32,231 nucleotides of DNA from Octopus bimaculoides (Eukaryota). The position numbers were made by a program, and so were the translations under genes. Every line of letters begins with the position of its first letter. The first letter of the stretch is position 1. Shown here piece after piece: positions 21,983 through 32,231 of this stretch. Where the stretch lies: positions 24,352,775 to 24,385,005 of the forward strand of contig NC_068991.1 in the NCBI RefSeq assembly GCF_001194135.2, written 5' to 3'. Under the pieces are notes generated by a model. It searched no databases, had not been told where the DNA came from, and worked only from the letters and a program-made list of their open reading frames with translations.

Positions 21983-22386
21983 GGTGCAAGCGTGGCTATG
22001 TGGTAAGGAGCTTCCTTCCCAACCACATGGTTCCTGGTTCAGCCCCACTGCGTGGCATCTTGGACAAATGTCTTCTACTATAGCCTCGGGCCGACCAAAG
22101 CCCTATGAGTGGATTTAGTAGACGGAAACCTGTCGTATGTGTGTTTGTGGTTGTCTGTCTGTGTGCGTGGGTGTGTGTGTGTCTGAAGTGGTCCTCCCAC
22201 CATCGCTTGACAACCGATGCTGGTGTGTTTACGTCTCTGTAACTTAGCAGTTCGGCAAAGAGACTAATAGAATAAGTACTAGGCTTACAAAAGAATAAGT
22301 CTTGGGGTCGATTTCTTCGACTAAAGGCGGTGCTCCAGCATGACTGCAGTCAGATAATTGAAACAAGTAAAAAGAATACAAGAATA
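21983..22386 (+). mobile_element. Full-length tRNA-derived SINE: head type A, internal (TG) tract, tail type 1
   Basis: ggtgcaagcgtggctatgtggtaag (A-box), ggttcagcccc (B-box-like), tail ggggtcgatttcttcgactaaaggcggtgctccagcat...gaaacaagtaaaaagaata. Confidence 0.9.
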
Positions 22387-23025
22387 TTACCTTGTTATAT
22401 TTAATTTTTTTAAGGTAATATTTTTCTTATAAAAATTAGTGTTCATTTCATCATTTTGTATAAGCAACAAGAGACCGGATATCAGTTAAATTATAATTAT
22501 TGTAATATTTATCACCACTTAAAAGTTGATGTTTCGTTAGAACACAGAATACTGACATATCACATTATTTCGGCCTTCCTTGGCCTTGTCAATGGTAGAC
22601 GCCTGACCACTGGAAATATCAGTGATTGCTCAATCAGCAACATACATGGAATTGCAGTGCCTTATCAGGTATTATTGTCACTAATAGCCAGTGGGTTTAT
22701 TGTCTCCCGCAAGTGATGTAAACAAATACTTGAATGTATGCTGAGAGATTGTCTTAGCCCGTTTGCCCTCACGCAGTTGATTTCTGTAGTTATTATCAGA
22801 GTATTTTCGGCGATTTAAATATGAGTTTTGACTGTTATTTCCAGCAGATAGACATACTTAGTAAGTCCTTTGATTAATTTTAATCCTTCAACTTTTTAAC
22901 GCTTTTTGGGGCCTGCAATTGCCTATATTATTGATTTTGTTATTACTATTTTTAATTGTTACACTAGATAATAATAGAGTCAATAATACCTTCGCAAATA
23001 TTTTCTCCTGAATTATTTGCTCCGT

Positions 23026-23029
<4 letters not shown>

Positions 23030-23064
<35 letters not shown>

Positions 23065-23091
23065 AATTATATATATAATAAATTATATATA

Positions 23092-23176
<85 letters not shown>
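23030..23176. repeat. (TA)n then (TG)n microsatellite
   Basis: Direct reading. Confidence 0.96.
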
Positions 23177-23177
<1 letters not shown>

Positions 23178-23803
23178 TATTGGAGAAGGAAGTTAACCTC
23201 CCAGGAGTAATTGTCTGGCCTGCGATTTCATGCAATGGGATTATCCGCCCATTCTTCTTAGATGAGCCAGTCACTGGAGAACAGTACCTCAACATGCTTC
23301 GAACCTCCTTCTTTCCTCAAGTGCAACAACAAAAGGACATTCGCTTCCAACAGGATAGGGCTCCACCCCACTATGCGCATTGTGTTCGTGATCAGCATGA
23401 CATCAATTTAAATGGCAGATGGATTGGACGGCGTGGACCGATCGAATGGCCAGAGCGTTCACCCGATTTACCACCTGTGGATTTCTTCTTGTGGAGTGTT
23501 CATGGAAACATGGTATACAAAGAGAAATCGCGAACCATTGCTGATCTTCGAGTTATTAATGAGCAGTTCACCACAATTGACGTGGAACTGTACCAAAAAG
23601 CTTGTCGCAACGTGGCTTCGCATTTGCTATCTTGTATCGTAAACAATGGAGAACAGTTTGAACCACTTCATTCGTAGTTGTCATTGTTGCGTCATTGTTT
23701 CATTCGTAGTTATTATTCATCATTGTTTTATACAATAAAATTAATTGAAAAACCTGCAATAGTTTTCAAAATAAGAATCGAGCGAAATTTTATGTACACC
23801 TTG
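23177..23803 (+). mobile_element. 5'-truncated Tc1/mariner-superfamily transposon, DD41D (rosa/Visitor-type) transposase C-terminal half plus right end
   Basis: NLPGVIVW..FQQDRAPPHY..WIGRRGPIEWPERSPDLPPVDFFLW; 41 residues between the second and third acidic residue; ORF to 23677; end ...tatgtacaccttg|TA. Confidence 0.9.
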
Positions 23804-24319
23804 TATATCATTCAACTACGATAGTAGTTGAATAATATTCTTATGGTCGTAATTTACTCACACGCAGCATCTTCAGAGCTTTGTCGCTAATTCAGTTCTT
23901 AACCAAATTGAAAACTGTTCACATATTTGAAGAGGACTGGTCCCTAGCTACATTTTGGCATAAAAAAATTGAGATTTGGTCCAGTAGAAAAAAGATTACA
24001 TTAAAATTTGTAGCAACGTTATAGGAGAGTAAGTAACGCCTCCAATCAAGTTTAGATCTGAATAACTTTTTTTTTATTTGAAAAGCAGAATATATTTATC
24101 TTAGCTTCAATGATAGAAGAAAGCATGAGGAATTTCATAGTTTTGCTTCCGTGCAACATAAATATCTATCAAAAAAATATCATGAAAAAAATATATGTAA
24201 AGCAAAAAATTGGATTTAAGTATAATTAACTTTTTTATTTTAAAAACAAACTATATTTTAATTAAGCTTAATTGATAGAGCTCAATTCGAGGAATTTCAT
24301 GGTATCAATCTCATGCAAT

Positions 24320-24693
24320 AAAGTTTTAAAAGAAAAAAGTTATGAGTGTTTGTTTCTCAAATTTGAGGGTGATAATATAGTTCTATACATTTTTATGAAT
24401 ATAGTATTATAAGGGAACTTTTAATATATGTCACCGGCATCATTGAGGTAAGGAAAAATTATCAATAACTCCGCTAATTTGCAATTAGTTTAATTGCGTC
24501 ATCTATATTAATTAATGCAATTATATCATGTAAACACAGTTCCGTAATATTTGAGACTAGAAAAGTTTTAAAAGAAAAAAGTTATGAGTGTTTGTTTCTC
24601 AAATTTGAGGGTGATAATATAGTCCTATACTTTTTTATGAATATAGTTCTATAAGAGGACTTTTAATATATGTCACTGGCATCATTGAGGTAA
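24320..24693. repeat. Pair of ~132-bp direct repeats (24320-24451, 24562-24693)
   Basis: aaagttttaaaagaaaaaagttatgagtgtttgtttctcaaatttgagggtgataatatag...ggcatcattgaggtaa occurs twice with few differences. Confidence 0.9.
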
Positions 24694-24772
24694 TTTTCAA
24701 TAGGGTAAAATCTTAAAATTATTAATTGACACATTATTAGTTAGCATAATAGCATAACCTGGAAAAACATGG

Positions 24773-25571
24773 ATTACATGGAAAAATGCGAGCAAGAGAA
24801 ATAGTATTCTTAAGATTATAAACCTGGAAAAGTACAGGACAAGTTAATACACTTGGAAATGTCCAGGAAAAGTTATTACATCTGGTAAAGTACAGAACAA
24901 GAAAATTCTTACTTAAAATATTGCAGCTAAGGATAAAATTTGAATATTAAAAATTATATGATTTTAATTTACGAAACATAATTTTATTAAAATATTGACA
25001 CACTAGAATACAGAAGTACCAATGCAGCTAACGTTTTATACAAAGTAAAATAGTTTATATGGTAGGCAAATTCATTACGTAAAAAATAGGAATTGGGCCA
25101 AGACTAAAAATGTGAAGACTTGGCAATAAGGTAATAATTCAAACAAATTTTACTGTGAATATGTTGCCGTAGGTAAATTTTACTATAATATATAACTAAT
25201 TTTTGTATTATTATATTTATTGTACTAACTAATTATGTACTACTATTATTTTTTATAACCTATTTTCAAATTCCTAATTATTAATTAATAATTTTAAAAA
25301 TTAATTTTTTTTAAAGTGCAAAAAATATTTTGAATTAATTTTTATTTTTAATAGAAGTAACAAGTAATAACAAATAGAAGTAATAATTTGTAATAAATTT
25401 TTTAGTTTTAATAAAAGCTAATATTTTCTAAATCTAAATATTTTATTTGAAATTTTATCCTTAGCTGCAATATTTTAAGTAAAAATTTTCTTGTCTGTAC
25501 TTTACTGGATGTAATAACTTTTCCAAAATATTAAGAATATTATTTCTCTTGCGTGCATTTTTCCATGTAAT
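24773..25571. mobile_element. Foldback-like element with long inverted arms (24773-24941 / 25450-25571)
   Basis: attacatggaaaaatgc..caagagaaat and ggaaaagttattacatc..cagctaaggataaaattt both recur reverse-complemented; the left arm has extra ~26-bp subrepeats. Confidence 0.75.
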
Positions 25572-25620
25572 ATACATATATATAAGGATGTATGTGCATG
25601 AATTCATAAATGTCCATGAA

Positions 25621-25624
<4 letters not shown>

Positions 25625-25662
<38 letters not shown>

Positions 25663-25663
25663 T

Positions 25664-25714
<51 letters not shown>

Positions 25715-25760
25715 CTAGTAGTAGTAGTAGTAGTAGTAGTAAGAGGAGGAGGAGGAGGAG
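25625..25760. repeat. Compound (AT)n/(AGT)n/(AGG)n microsatellite
   Basis: Direct reading. Confidence 0.96.
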
Positions 25761-25784
25761 GACATTTTCTTGTTCTTATTGATA

Positions 25785-25970
25785 TGTAGCCCAGTTCAAC
25801 CCGCATTGAGCAAACCTATTTTCATAGGTGTTCCATTAGTGACTATCCACCATTTCGTATATCCGGGATTACATTGTTCTTCAGTATTTAAGAGGGTAGG
25901 ACATGATATCATTGAGATTTAGCTGTTATTTTTCGTAGTTCCAACGACTACGTAGAGGCTCTCGCTTTGT
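25785..25970 (+). repeat. Family D, longer decayed copy
   Basis: gagcaaacctattttcataggtgttccattagtgactatcc...gagatttagctgttatttt...gactacgtagaggctc. Confidence 0.45.
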
Positions 25971-26013
25971 CTTGATTGTGCGTGTTTGTGTGTGTGTATG
26001 TGTGTGTGTGCGC

Positions 26014-26063
<50 letters not shown>

Positions 26064-26645
26064 TACACCGGTAAGTTGTAATGGGTGGAGGAATGGCTGA
26101 GTAATTAAGAGGTTCCCTTACGAAGTTCCATGATTGGTGAATATTACTTTTAGTTCAAAGCTCCGACCGTGTCACACGTTATATCACGTTGATTCTACCT
26201 GAAAATTACTTTAAAGGAATATATATTTGGGGAATACTCAGCCACTTAAACAATATATCACAACGAATAAGTAGTTTAGTTGATCGAACATTTAAAATAG
26301 TTGTCGCTGAAACCGATGTAGGATCCATTTATATTTTTATCTTATTTTTATTTTTCCGATTTAGGGGATATGAAGCAACGTGTGATTTTCGATATTTTAT
26401 ATTCCCAATGGATGAATTCGTCAATAGCTCTTACTGATAATGTGTTCTTTAAATCCCGTTATGGAAAAATAATTTTATGTTTGTCCAACTCGGTCTAACT
26501 GTTGCAAAGCAAATGAGTAAACCCTTTTCAAGAGATTCAAATATCGGAAATTGCCTCAAAACATTGGATACTCTGAAGGAGTTGAGGAATATCGTCAGAT
26601 GGCTATAAACGCAAAGGGATTTATTTAATAACAAAACTTGCATTT

Positions 26646-26728
26646 GGCAGCGGATTGACAAAATTAGTAAAGTGTCAAACTTAACTTGTGATTGCGGTAC
26701 TTTAAGTTCAGAATTCAAATCCCACTGG
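26646..26728 (+). mobile_element. Decayed type B SINE head
   Basis: ggcagcggattgacaaaattagtaaag...agttcagaattcaaatcccactg parallels 423-510. Confidence 0.45.
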
Positions 26729-26777
26729 CCAGTGGCTCTCAAACGGAAGCCTGTAAACTTCTATGAGTATAACTTAA

Positions 26778-27290
26778 CCTTTTTGATACCAAACTGCCTG
26801 AGGCCGCCCCTGGTTATATCAAACAAACTTACTGTTTATAAATATAAACAAACTAACATTTGTTTTTTATAAGCGCCGAAATATGTACTGTAAGATACAA
26901 ATACGATGATAATATATTTTCAAACGCAGAGATGCCGTTAGATTAGCAGATATATTGGATAAATTACCATTACAAAGCGGAAAGATTTGTCTTCAAGGGA
27001 TGTGGGTTCGTGTCCCATGGCTGTTTGTTGACAAATTTTCCCGTTTTGTAAGGGTAATTTATACAATATTTCTACTGTTCTGACGGTGTCTCTGCATTCG
27101 AAAATATGTTATCATCTTATTTGTATCTTACAAACTTACTGTTTGATTTAAGTGATCTAAATAATAATCTTCCATCTAAATTTTATGTTAAATTCTTCCA
27201 CACGCCAGCTTAATAATGAAAAATTTAGTCAAATAAATTTTTCATTATTTTTTTTTAAAATTAAAACAAATGTCATCAGAACTATGTCAA
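26778..27290 (+). mobile_element. Possible piggyBac-like MITE relic interrupted by the MITE below
   Basis: Starts TTAA|cctttttgatacc; resumes after a duplicated acaaacttactgttt; right end not seen; family recognised from memory only. Confidence 0.35.
26888..27132. mobile_element. ~245-bp MITE with ~54-bp TIRs (TA|CTGTAAG.. start)
   Basis: tgtaagatacaaatacgatgataatatattttcaaacgcagagatgccgttaga (26889-26942) vs reverse complement of 27079-27132. Confidence 0.75.
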
Positions 27291-27333
27291 CATTTTTTTT
27301 CTTCCAGCTTACCCGTTTGACATGTTCGGCAGT

Positions 27334-27350
27334 GTTTGGCGAACCCCTTG
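27334..27350. mobile_element. Solo hAT-like TIR (right-end orientation)
   Basis: gtttggcgaacccct(t)g. Confidence 0.3.
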
Positions 27351-27469
27351 TGAAGAATATAACATAAAATAGTTTGATACCACTGATGCAGACAATAGTA
27401 GATACCATTTTATAGATGTCATAAACCAGAAAATGCATAATTTATTAATTAACATATTTGATGAAATTT

Positions 27470-27629
<160 letters not shown>

Positions 27630-28685
27630 GAAGTGAACCATATGGCCGATCATAGAGTGTCCAATGATTTCGCATCCATAACGCTCTTAGCCTAATAGAC
27701 GACTCGTCAGACTCCAATAGCCGCGAACATATAACCTTTTTTTCAAACTGGAGATACAAAAGCGTTACGGTCAGTTAATATGGTAGACAAAAATATATTT
27801 TCTGAGGCTTAAGTGGGACGGGTTATCACCCATAGATCGATTCTGGTCAATAAATGTTTACGACCCTAATCAACGAATGGGGAATCCCCGCCCTTAGATT
27901 GGTTCCATCTCGCAAATATTATGGCCCTAATCCACGAATGGGGAATCGCACGCTTGCGGAGAAGGGCTATAGACCTAATTTCTGGAGTTTAAAAGGGTTT
28001 CATAGTCTAGCGAGTCTTTTAGGATCCACGCTCGTTCTGCTATGCAAAACTTGCATCGACCGCTCCTGTTTATATAGGTCCCCGTTCGTTCTAAGAGCCT
28101 CCATTTAATTGCGTATGGAGTTCCTTCATTCTTAAGGCGCCATATGTGGCTGGCCAGGGACGTGACATAAATCGTTTCCGGAATTCTAAAAGGAAACCTA
28201 TGTTTTGCAGGTATTACTTAAAAGTAGTTCCGGCCTAACCGATGTATCTCCGAACTTGAGTGTTGGTTGTGTTATCGTCTCTGTTATTTCTTCCACTGGC
28301 CCCGGGTTTGATGCTGTTGATGGAGCTGCTGTCGCTTCTGTTATTACAAAGCGTGGGTTGGGTAATTATAATGTTGCTGTTGCTGACGTAGTAATCATCT
28401 CCGGCTGCAGTGTTAGTGTTGCTGCTGCTGTTGCCGGTGGTGTTGTTATTACCCGAAACGATAGATTCTCTTCAGTTTCTTTCATTAGCATATTTATCTT
28501 CATTGTCTGTTGATTTTTTTCCTATTATATTTCTACACTTTTTAGTCAAATGTTTCTGCTTGTCTGTCTTCATGTATTATTTATTTTTTGTTTCCTCTTT
28601 GCCTCATACTCTTACTCATATCATTTGTTTTAATATGCGTATACATGCATGTATGCATGTATATAATATAAATTAACTCTTTTCT

Positions 28686-28887
28686 TTGACAAGGACAGAC
28701 TTTTGAATTACAGATGCAAGCTCTCCATGACAAATATTCACAATTCCCATCGACCAACATTACACTCAAAAGGCTTGGACCGACCCAAGGTTATGGTAAA
28801 CTACGCTGTCTACAGTACCATGCAATGGGATCTAACCAGGTACCTAAGTTATTGCGAAGCTGCAACAAGTGCCATGCCTCCATTCAC
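28686..28887 (-). mobile_element. Decayed chimeric SINE: head type A with start of tail type 2
   Basis: Minus strand ggttagatcccattgcatggtac...ccttgggtcggtccaagccttttgagtg...gatgggaatt...ctgtaattcaaaagtctgtccttgtca. Confidence 0.55.
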
Positions 28888-29088
28888 ATACACACATACA
28901 TGCATACGTGCGCGCATGCATATATATCTGCATACACATACATATACATAGATGCATGCATACACACATATATCTTTATACATGCATACATACATGTGCA
29001 TGCATACACAGGTACACATATATTTATATACATGTATACATATAGATACGTACATATACCTAAATATACACGCACACATACACGCAAA

Positions 29089-29128
<40 letters not shown>

Positions 29129-29190
29129 TACATTCATATACACACATAATACATACATACGCACATACAAACATGAATGCATACATTAGA
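28888..29190. repeat. Degenerate compound (CA)/(TA)/(CATA) microsatellite
   Basis: Direct reading. Confidence 0.93.
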
Positions 29191-29589
29191 CAACAACCAG
29201 TTCTTTGTTTGGGTGAAACGGAGAATTGAAAAACGTGTTGAACTTCCTTTTATTTATATGAAAATTAGATTCTGCCAATATGAAAGGTGTTCAACAAATG
29301 TTGCTAATATCCGGCGTAATAACAAAGACAGGATTTCTAATAGACCAATAATGCGAGCATAAACAACTAATACTTTTTTTCTTAATACAAAGATAAAATA
29401 AAAGAGTGATTCTTCGTTGTCATTCACTTGATTATTTGTTACGAATAACAGAATGAGCCGTTCCTTTTTAATCCACTGTTGCATCATTACATGTAAATGT
29501 CAGCCATAACAGAACCGAAATTCTAGGCGTGGGCAAGAGAAATATTTTACTTAACAAAAACCCGTTTACTGAATAATTATAATCTAGAC

Positions 29590-29912
29590 CAGGGATCAGG
29601 GAACTTTTTTAACCAATTACCCCAAAATATAGTTATTTGCGCCCCGAAGTTACCTCCTTGATTTGAAAGGAAGAAAATCATAGATTCTTTGAATTCAAAA
29701 GATTTACTGAATTTATTTTATTGAATCTATATGAATCTATTTACACGTCCATTATATTGATCAGATACAGTGTTGCCTGAAGAAAATTTTCTGTCGCAAC
29801 AAGGAACACTTCCTTTTATATAATTTTACTTATGTCTAATGAGTCCTCATTACCCACAGGAATTTCATTTTTACCCCACTTGGGGTTATTTACCCCGGTT
29901 CGCCGACCCCTG
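29590..29912. mobile_element. 323-bp hAT (Charlie-like) MITE
   Basis: cagggatcagggaac ... ggttcgccgacccctg; left 8-mer atctagac fits the NTCTAGAN target, right 8-mer atttgtat is diverged; subterminal ttacccc/ggggtta palindromes. Confidence 0.8.
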
Positions 29913-30006
29913 ATTTGTATTATAAAGTTACCTGTCGTATAACGGGGAAGTTTGGTGGTATACTTCTACTACCACAGGTAACATGAAGACATATAGTACA
30001 CGTACA

Positions 30007-30171
30007 GGCGCAGGCGTGGCTGTGTGTTATGAAGCTTGCTTCCGAACTACATGATTCTGGGTTCAGTCCTACTGGCACCTTTGGTAAGTTTCTTCCACAA
30101 CAGCCCCGGACCAACCAAAGTCCTGTGAGTAGATTTGGTAGGTGGAAACTGAAAGAAATTTGTCTTATATG
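30007..30171 (+). mobile_element. 5' half of a head-A SINE split by Tc1
   Basis: ggcgcaggcgtggctgtgtgttatgaagcttgcttcc...ggaaactgaaagaa aligns with 21983-22135. Confidence 0.85.
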
Positions 30172-30173
30172 TA

Positions 30174-31423
30174 CACAGACATGACAGAAGTAAATAGACA
30201 CCCTTATAATCATTAAAATTTGTTTAAATCTGAAATTATATTTTCAAATTAATTATTAATTGTTATAATGTGAATATTTAATATTTAGTAGACATTCCCT
30301 TTGCATTTTTCAATGCAAGTACCCTATGACTCATGTTACTGATCAGATGACGAATATTCTCTTGCGGAATTTCTTGCCAAGTTTCATGCAGCAATCTCAA
30401 AAAATCTGGCTTCGAAGATGCTTTCTTTTTTTTTTATGAAGTGTCCTGTCCATTATGTCCCAGAGGTGCCCAATAAGGCTCATATCTGGTTTGTGGCTTG
30501 GCCATGGAAGCTTTTTAATACCATTCTCATCCAACAAATCTTGGGTAATTTTCGCCGTGTGACAAGGAGCCCTATCTTCCATAAATAGTCTTCTTTAATC
30601 ATTTCACCACTAGAGAAAATTGGAAGAAGTCCTTTCTGCAATACGGGCACATATTTATCTGGGTTTATGTTTCCCTCACACTCCACCAGCTCTCATCGAC
30701 CATTGCTCCAAATTTCTCCCCAGACCATCACAGAATAGCTGTCGTGTTTCATTGTTAGCTGCAATCTTTTCACATCAAATTCTTGATCACAGAGTCTCCA
30801 GACCCATATTCGACCATTGTCAGGAAATACAGCAAATCGGTCAGAATATGACAGTGTCCCAAAATGCGAGTGGCATCTTTACCATCTCCCTGGCCCAATC
30901 TTTTCTCCGCTTGATGTTGGCTGATCGAAGAAGTGATTTCTTTCTTGCTGCTCTGCCATAGTAACCAAATCTGTGGAGATACCTGATAGCTGTTCTGGGA
31001 CTGACATCAACTTATCCAGCTAAGTCAGAGGCCTTGCAACGAGAATTATCCGCCACACTCCTCTTAATAAAGAGAATGGTCCTGTCAGAGGGCCCTGGTT
31101 GATCTGGGCGAGGTCATGTGAACTCCTTCCACTCTCTGGTGAATTGCACAATCATTCCATTAACTGTAGAAAGCTGGATCCCAAGGTTTTCTTGCGATTT
31201 TACGCTGACTATGTTCACCTTCAGAATGACCCACAATACGGCCTATTTGAAATTCAGACAGTTCCAAGGCTTCTTTTGAACATAATCCATATGTGATAAA
31301 ACAGTTACATATGGAACCTGAAACATAAGAATGTCAATGAATAAAAGACATAAACCTTTACAAGCTAGAATAAACATTAAACGATGTTTTATGGGGTGTC
31401 TATTTACTTCTGTTATGTCTGTG
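30174..31423 (-). mobile_element. Complete 1250-bp Tc1 (DD34E) transposon, defective
   Basis: 30-bp TIRs cacagacat(g/a)acagaagtaaatagacaccc (30174-30203; 31394-31423, 29/30 match); TA on both sides. Confidence 0.95.
30278..31283 (-). pseudogene. Tc1 transposase pseudogene
   Basis: ELSEFQIGRIVG..RKLG..STV (HTH region), YGRAARKKSLL..FWDTVIF(SDES damaged)RF..VMVWG..FMEDRAPCHTAK..WPSHKPDMSLIGHLW (34-residue spacing, E to G)..NMSHRVLALKNAKGMSTKY*; several stops and frameshifts. Confidence 0.93.
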
Positions 31424-31439
31424 TATATATGTATGCATT

Positions 31440-31497
<58 letters not shown>

Positions 31498-31732
31498 TGC
31501 ATCTGTGTATGTCTGCTTCTGTGTATGTCCCCCACCACCGCGTGACAACGGGTGATGGTGTGTTTTACCTCCCCCATAACTTAACGGTTTTGCAAAATAG
31601 ACCAATGGAATAAGTACTTGGGTTTTTTTTTTAAATAAGTCCTAGGGTCAATTTATTCGACTAAAAACCCTTTCAAGGCGGTGCTCCAGCATAGCCGCAG
31701 TCAAATGACAGAAACGAGAAAGACATAAAAGG
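31424..31732 (+). mobile_element. 3' half of the same SINE (TG tract plus tail type 1)
   Basis: cccaccaccgcgtgacaacgg...aataagtac...aaggcggtgctccagcatagccgcagtcaaatgacagaaac matches 22195-22370. Confidence 0.85.
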
Positions 31733-31744
31733 TAAAAAATACAA

Positions 31745-32019
31745 TGACTATAATTTAGCAGTCATTAAATTTCTTTGTCAACGTGGATAATATGAAGAAA
31801 TATGGCGTACATGCAATAAATTTTAATTTAACTCTTATCAAATTCCTTGGTGCTGTCCAAAATGATGAAATGAATATTATTTGTCAAAAGAGAAATATTT
31901 ATTACCGTAAAGTACAATAAAACTGTACTGAAGGAGCAAAAAGAAATTAAAACAAAATTACTCTCTATATTGATATCATATCATGGAAGCTCACACACAC
32001 TCACTCTCCTTCCTTTCCT

Positions 32020-32072
<53 letters not shown>

Positions 32073-32231
32073 CTTTCTATATAATGCAGTATTGAGCACG
32101 CATTCACACTGTTCGATATTAACGTGTGCGTGTGCGTGTGCGTGTGTGTGTGCGTGTGTGTGTGTATGTGTGTGACTCTCCCCCAACCCCTAACTCTCTC
32201 ACGCTATATATATATATATATATATATATAT
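31745..32231 (-). mobile_element. Second, more decayed copy of the Helitron-like family at 11.8 kb, with (CT)/(CTAT)/(TG)/(TA) tracts
   Basis: ggataatatg...aactcttatcaaattccttggtg..caaaatgatgaaatgaata..aaatatttatta shared with 11845-11970. Confidence 0.4.

Noticed and set aside
423-22386. tRNA genes
   Set aside because: A/B boxes belong to SINE heads; no complete cloverleaf with an acceptor stem was found.
28205-28513. 102-aa V/A/S/G-rich ORF on +, with T/A-rich and N/S-rich open frames on -
   Set aside because: Consistent with a decayed (GTT/GCT) trinucleotide tract that leaves several frames open; no acceptor on - and no recognisable domain.

Overview
Repeat-saturated, AT-rich eukaryotic DNA with five N gaps (9250-9344, 9792-9891, 12198-12848, 15889-16099, 20856-21502). 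The SINE families and compound microsatellites look like Octopus/cephalopod intronic or intergenic DNA; this organism call comes from my recall of those repeats, not from a search. I see no intact protein-coding gene, tRNA or rRNA. Almost all listed ORFs are microsatellite or gap artefacts. Recognisable content: many tRNA-derived SINE copies with interchangeable heads and tails, a multiply deleted R4/Dong-clade LINE, a complete TA-flanked Tc1 (DD34E) inserted into a SINE, a truncated DD41D Tc1/mariner, hAT-like, TTAA-flanked and foldback MITEs, Helitron-like 3' ends and probable RTE 5'-region relics. The most interesting structure is at 9.0-10.5 kb. Two ~140-bp inverted arms each carry a decayed minimal type I hammerhead ribozyme. 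Together with a tRNA-like Pol III head and (AAT)n spacers they appear to form a head-to-head palindromic element, and the Dong LINE sits inside its (AAT)n spacer. A few short AG..GT candidate exons on the + strand are frame-compatible but unproven.
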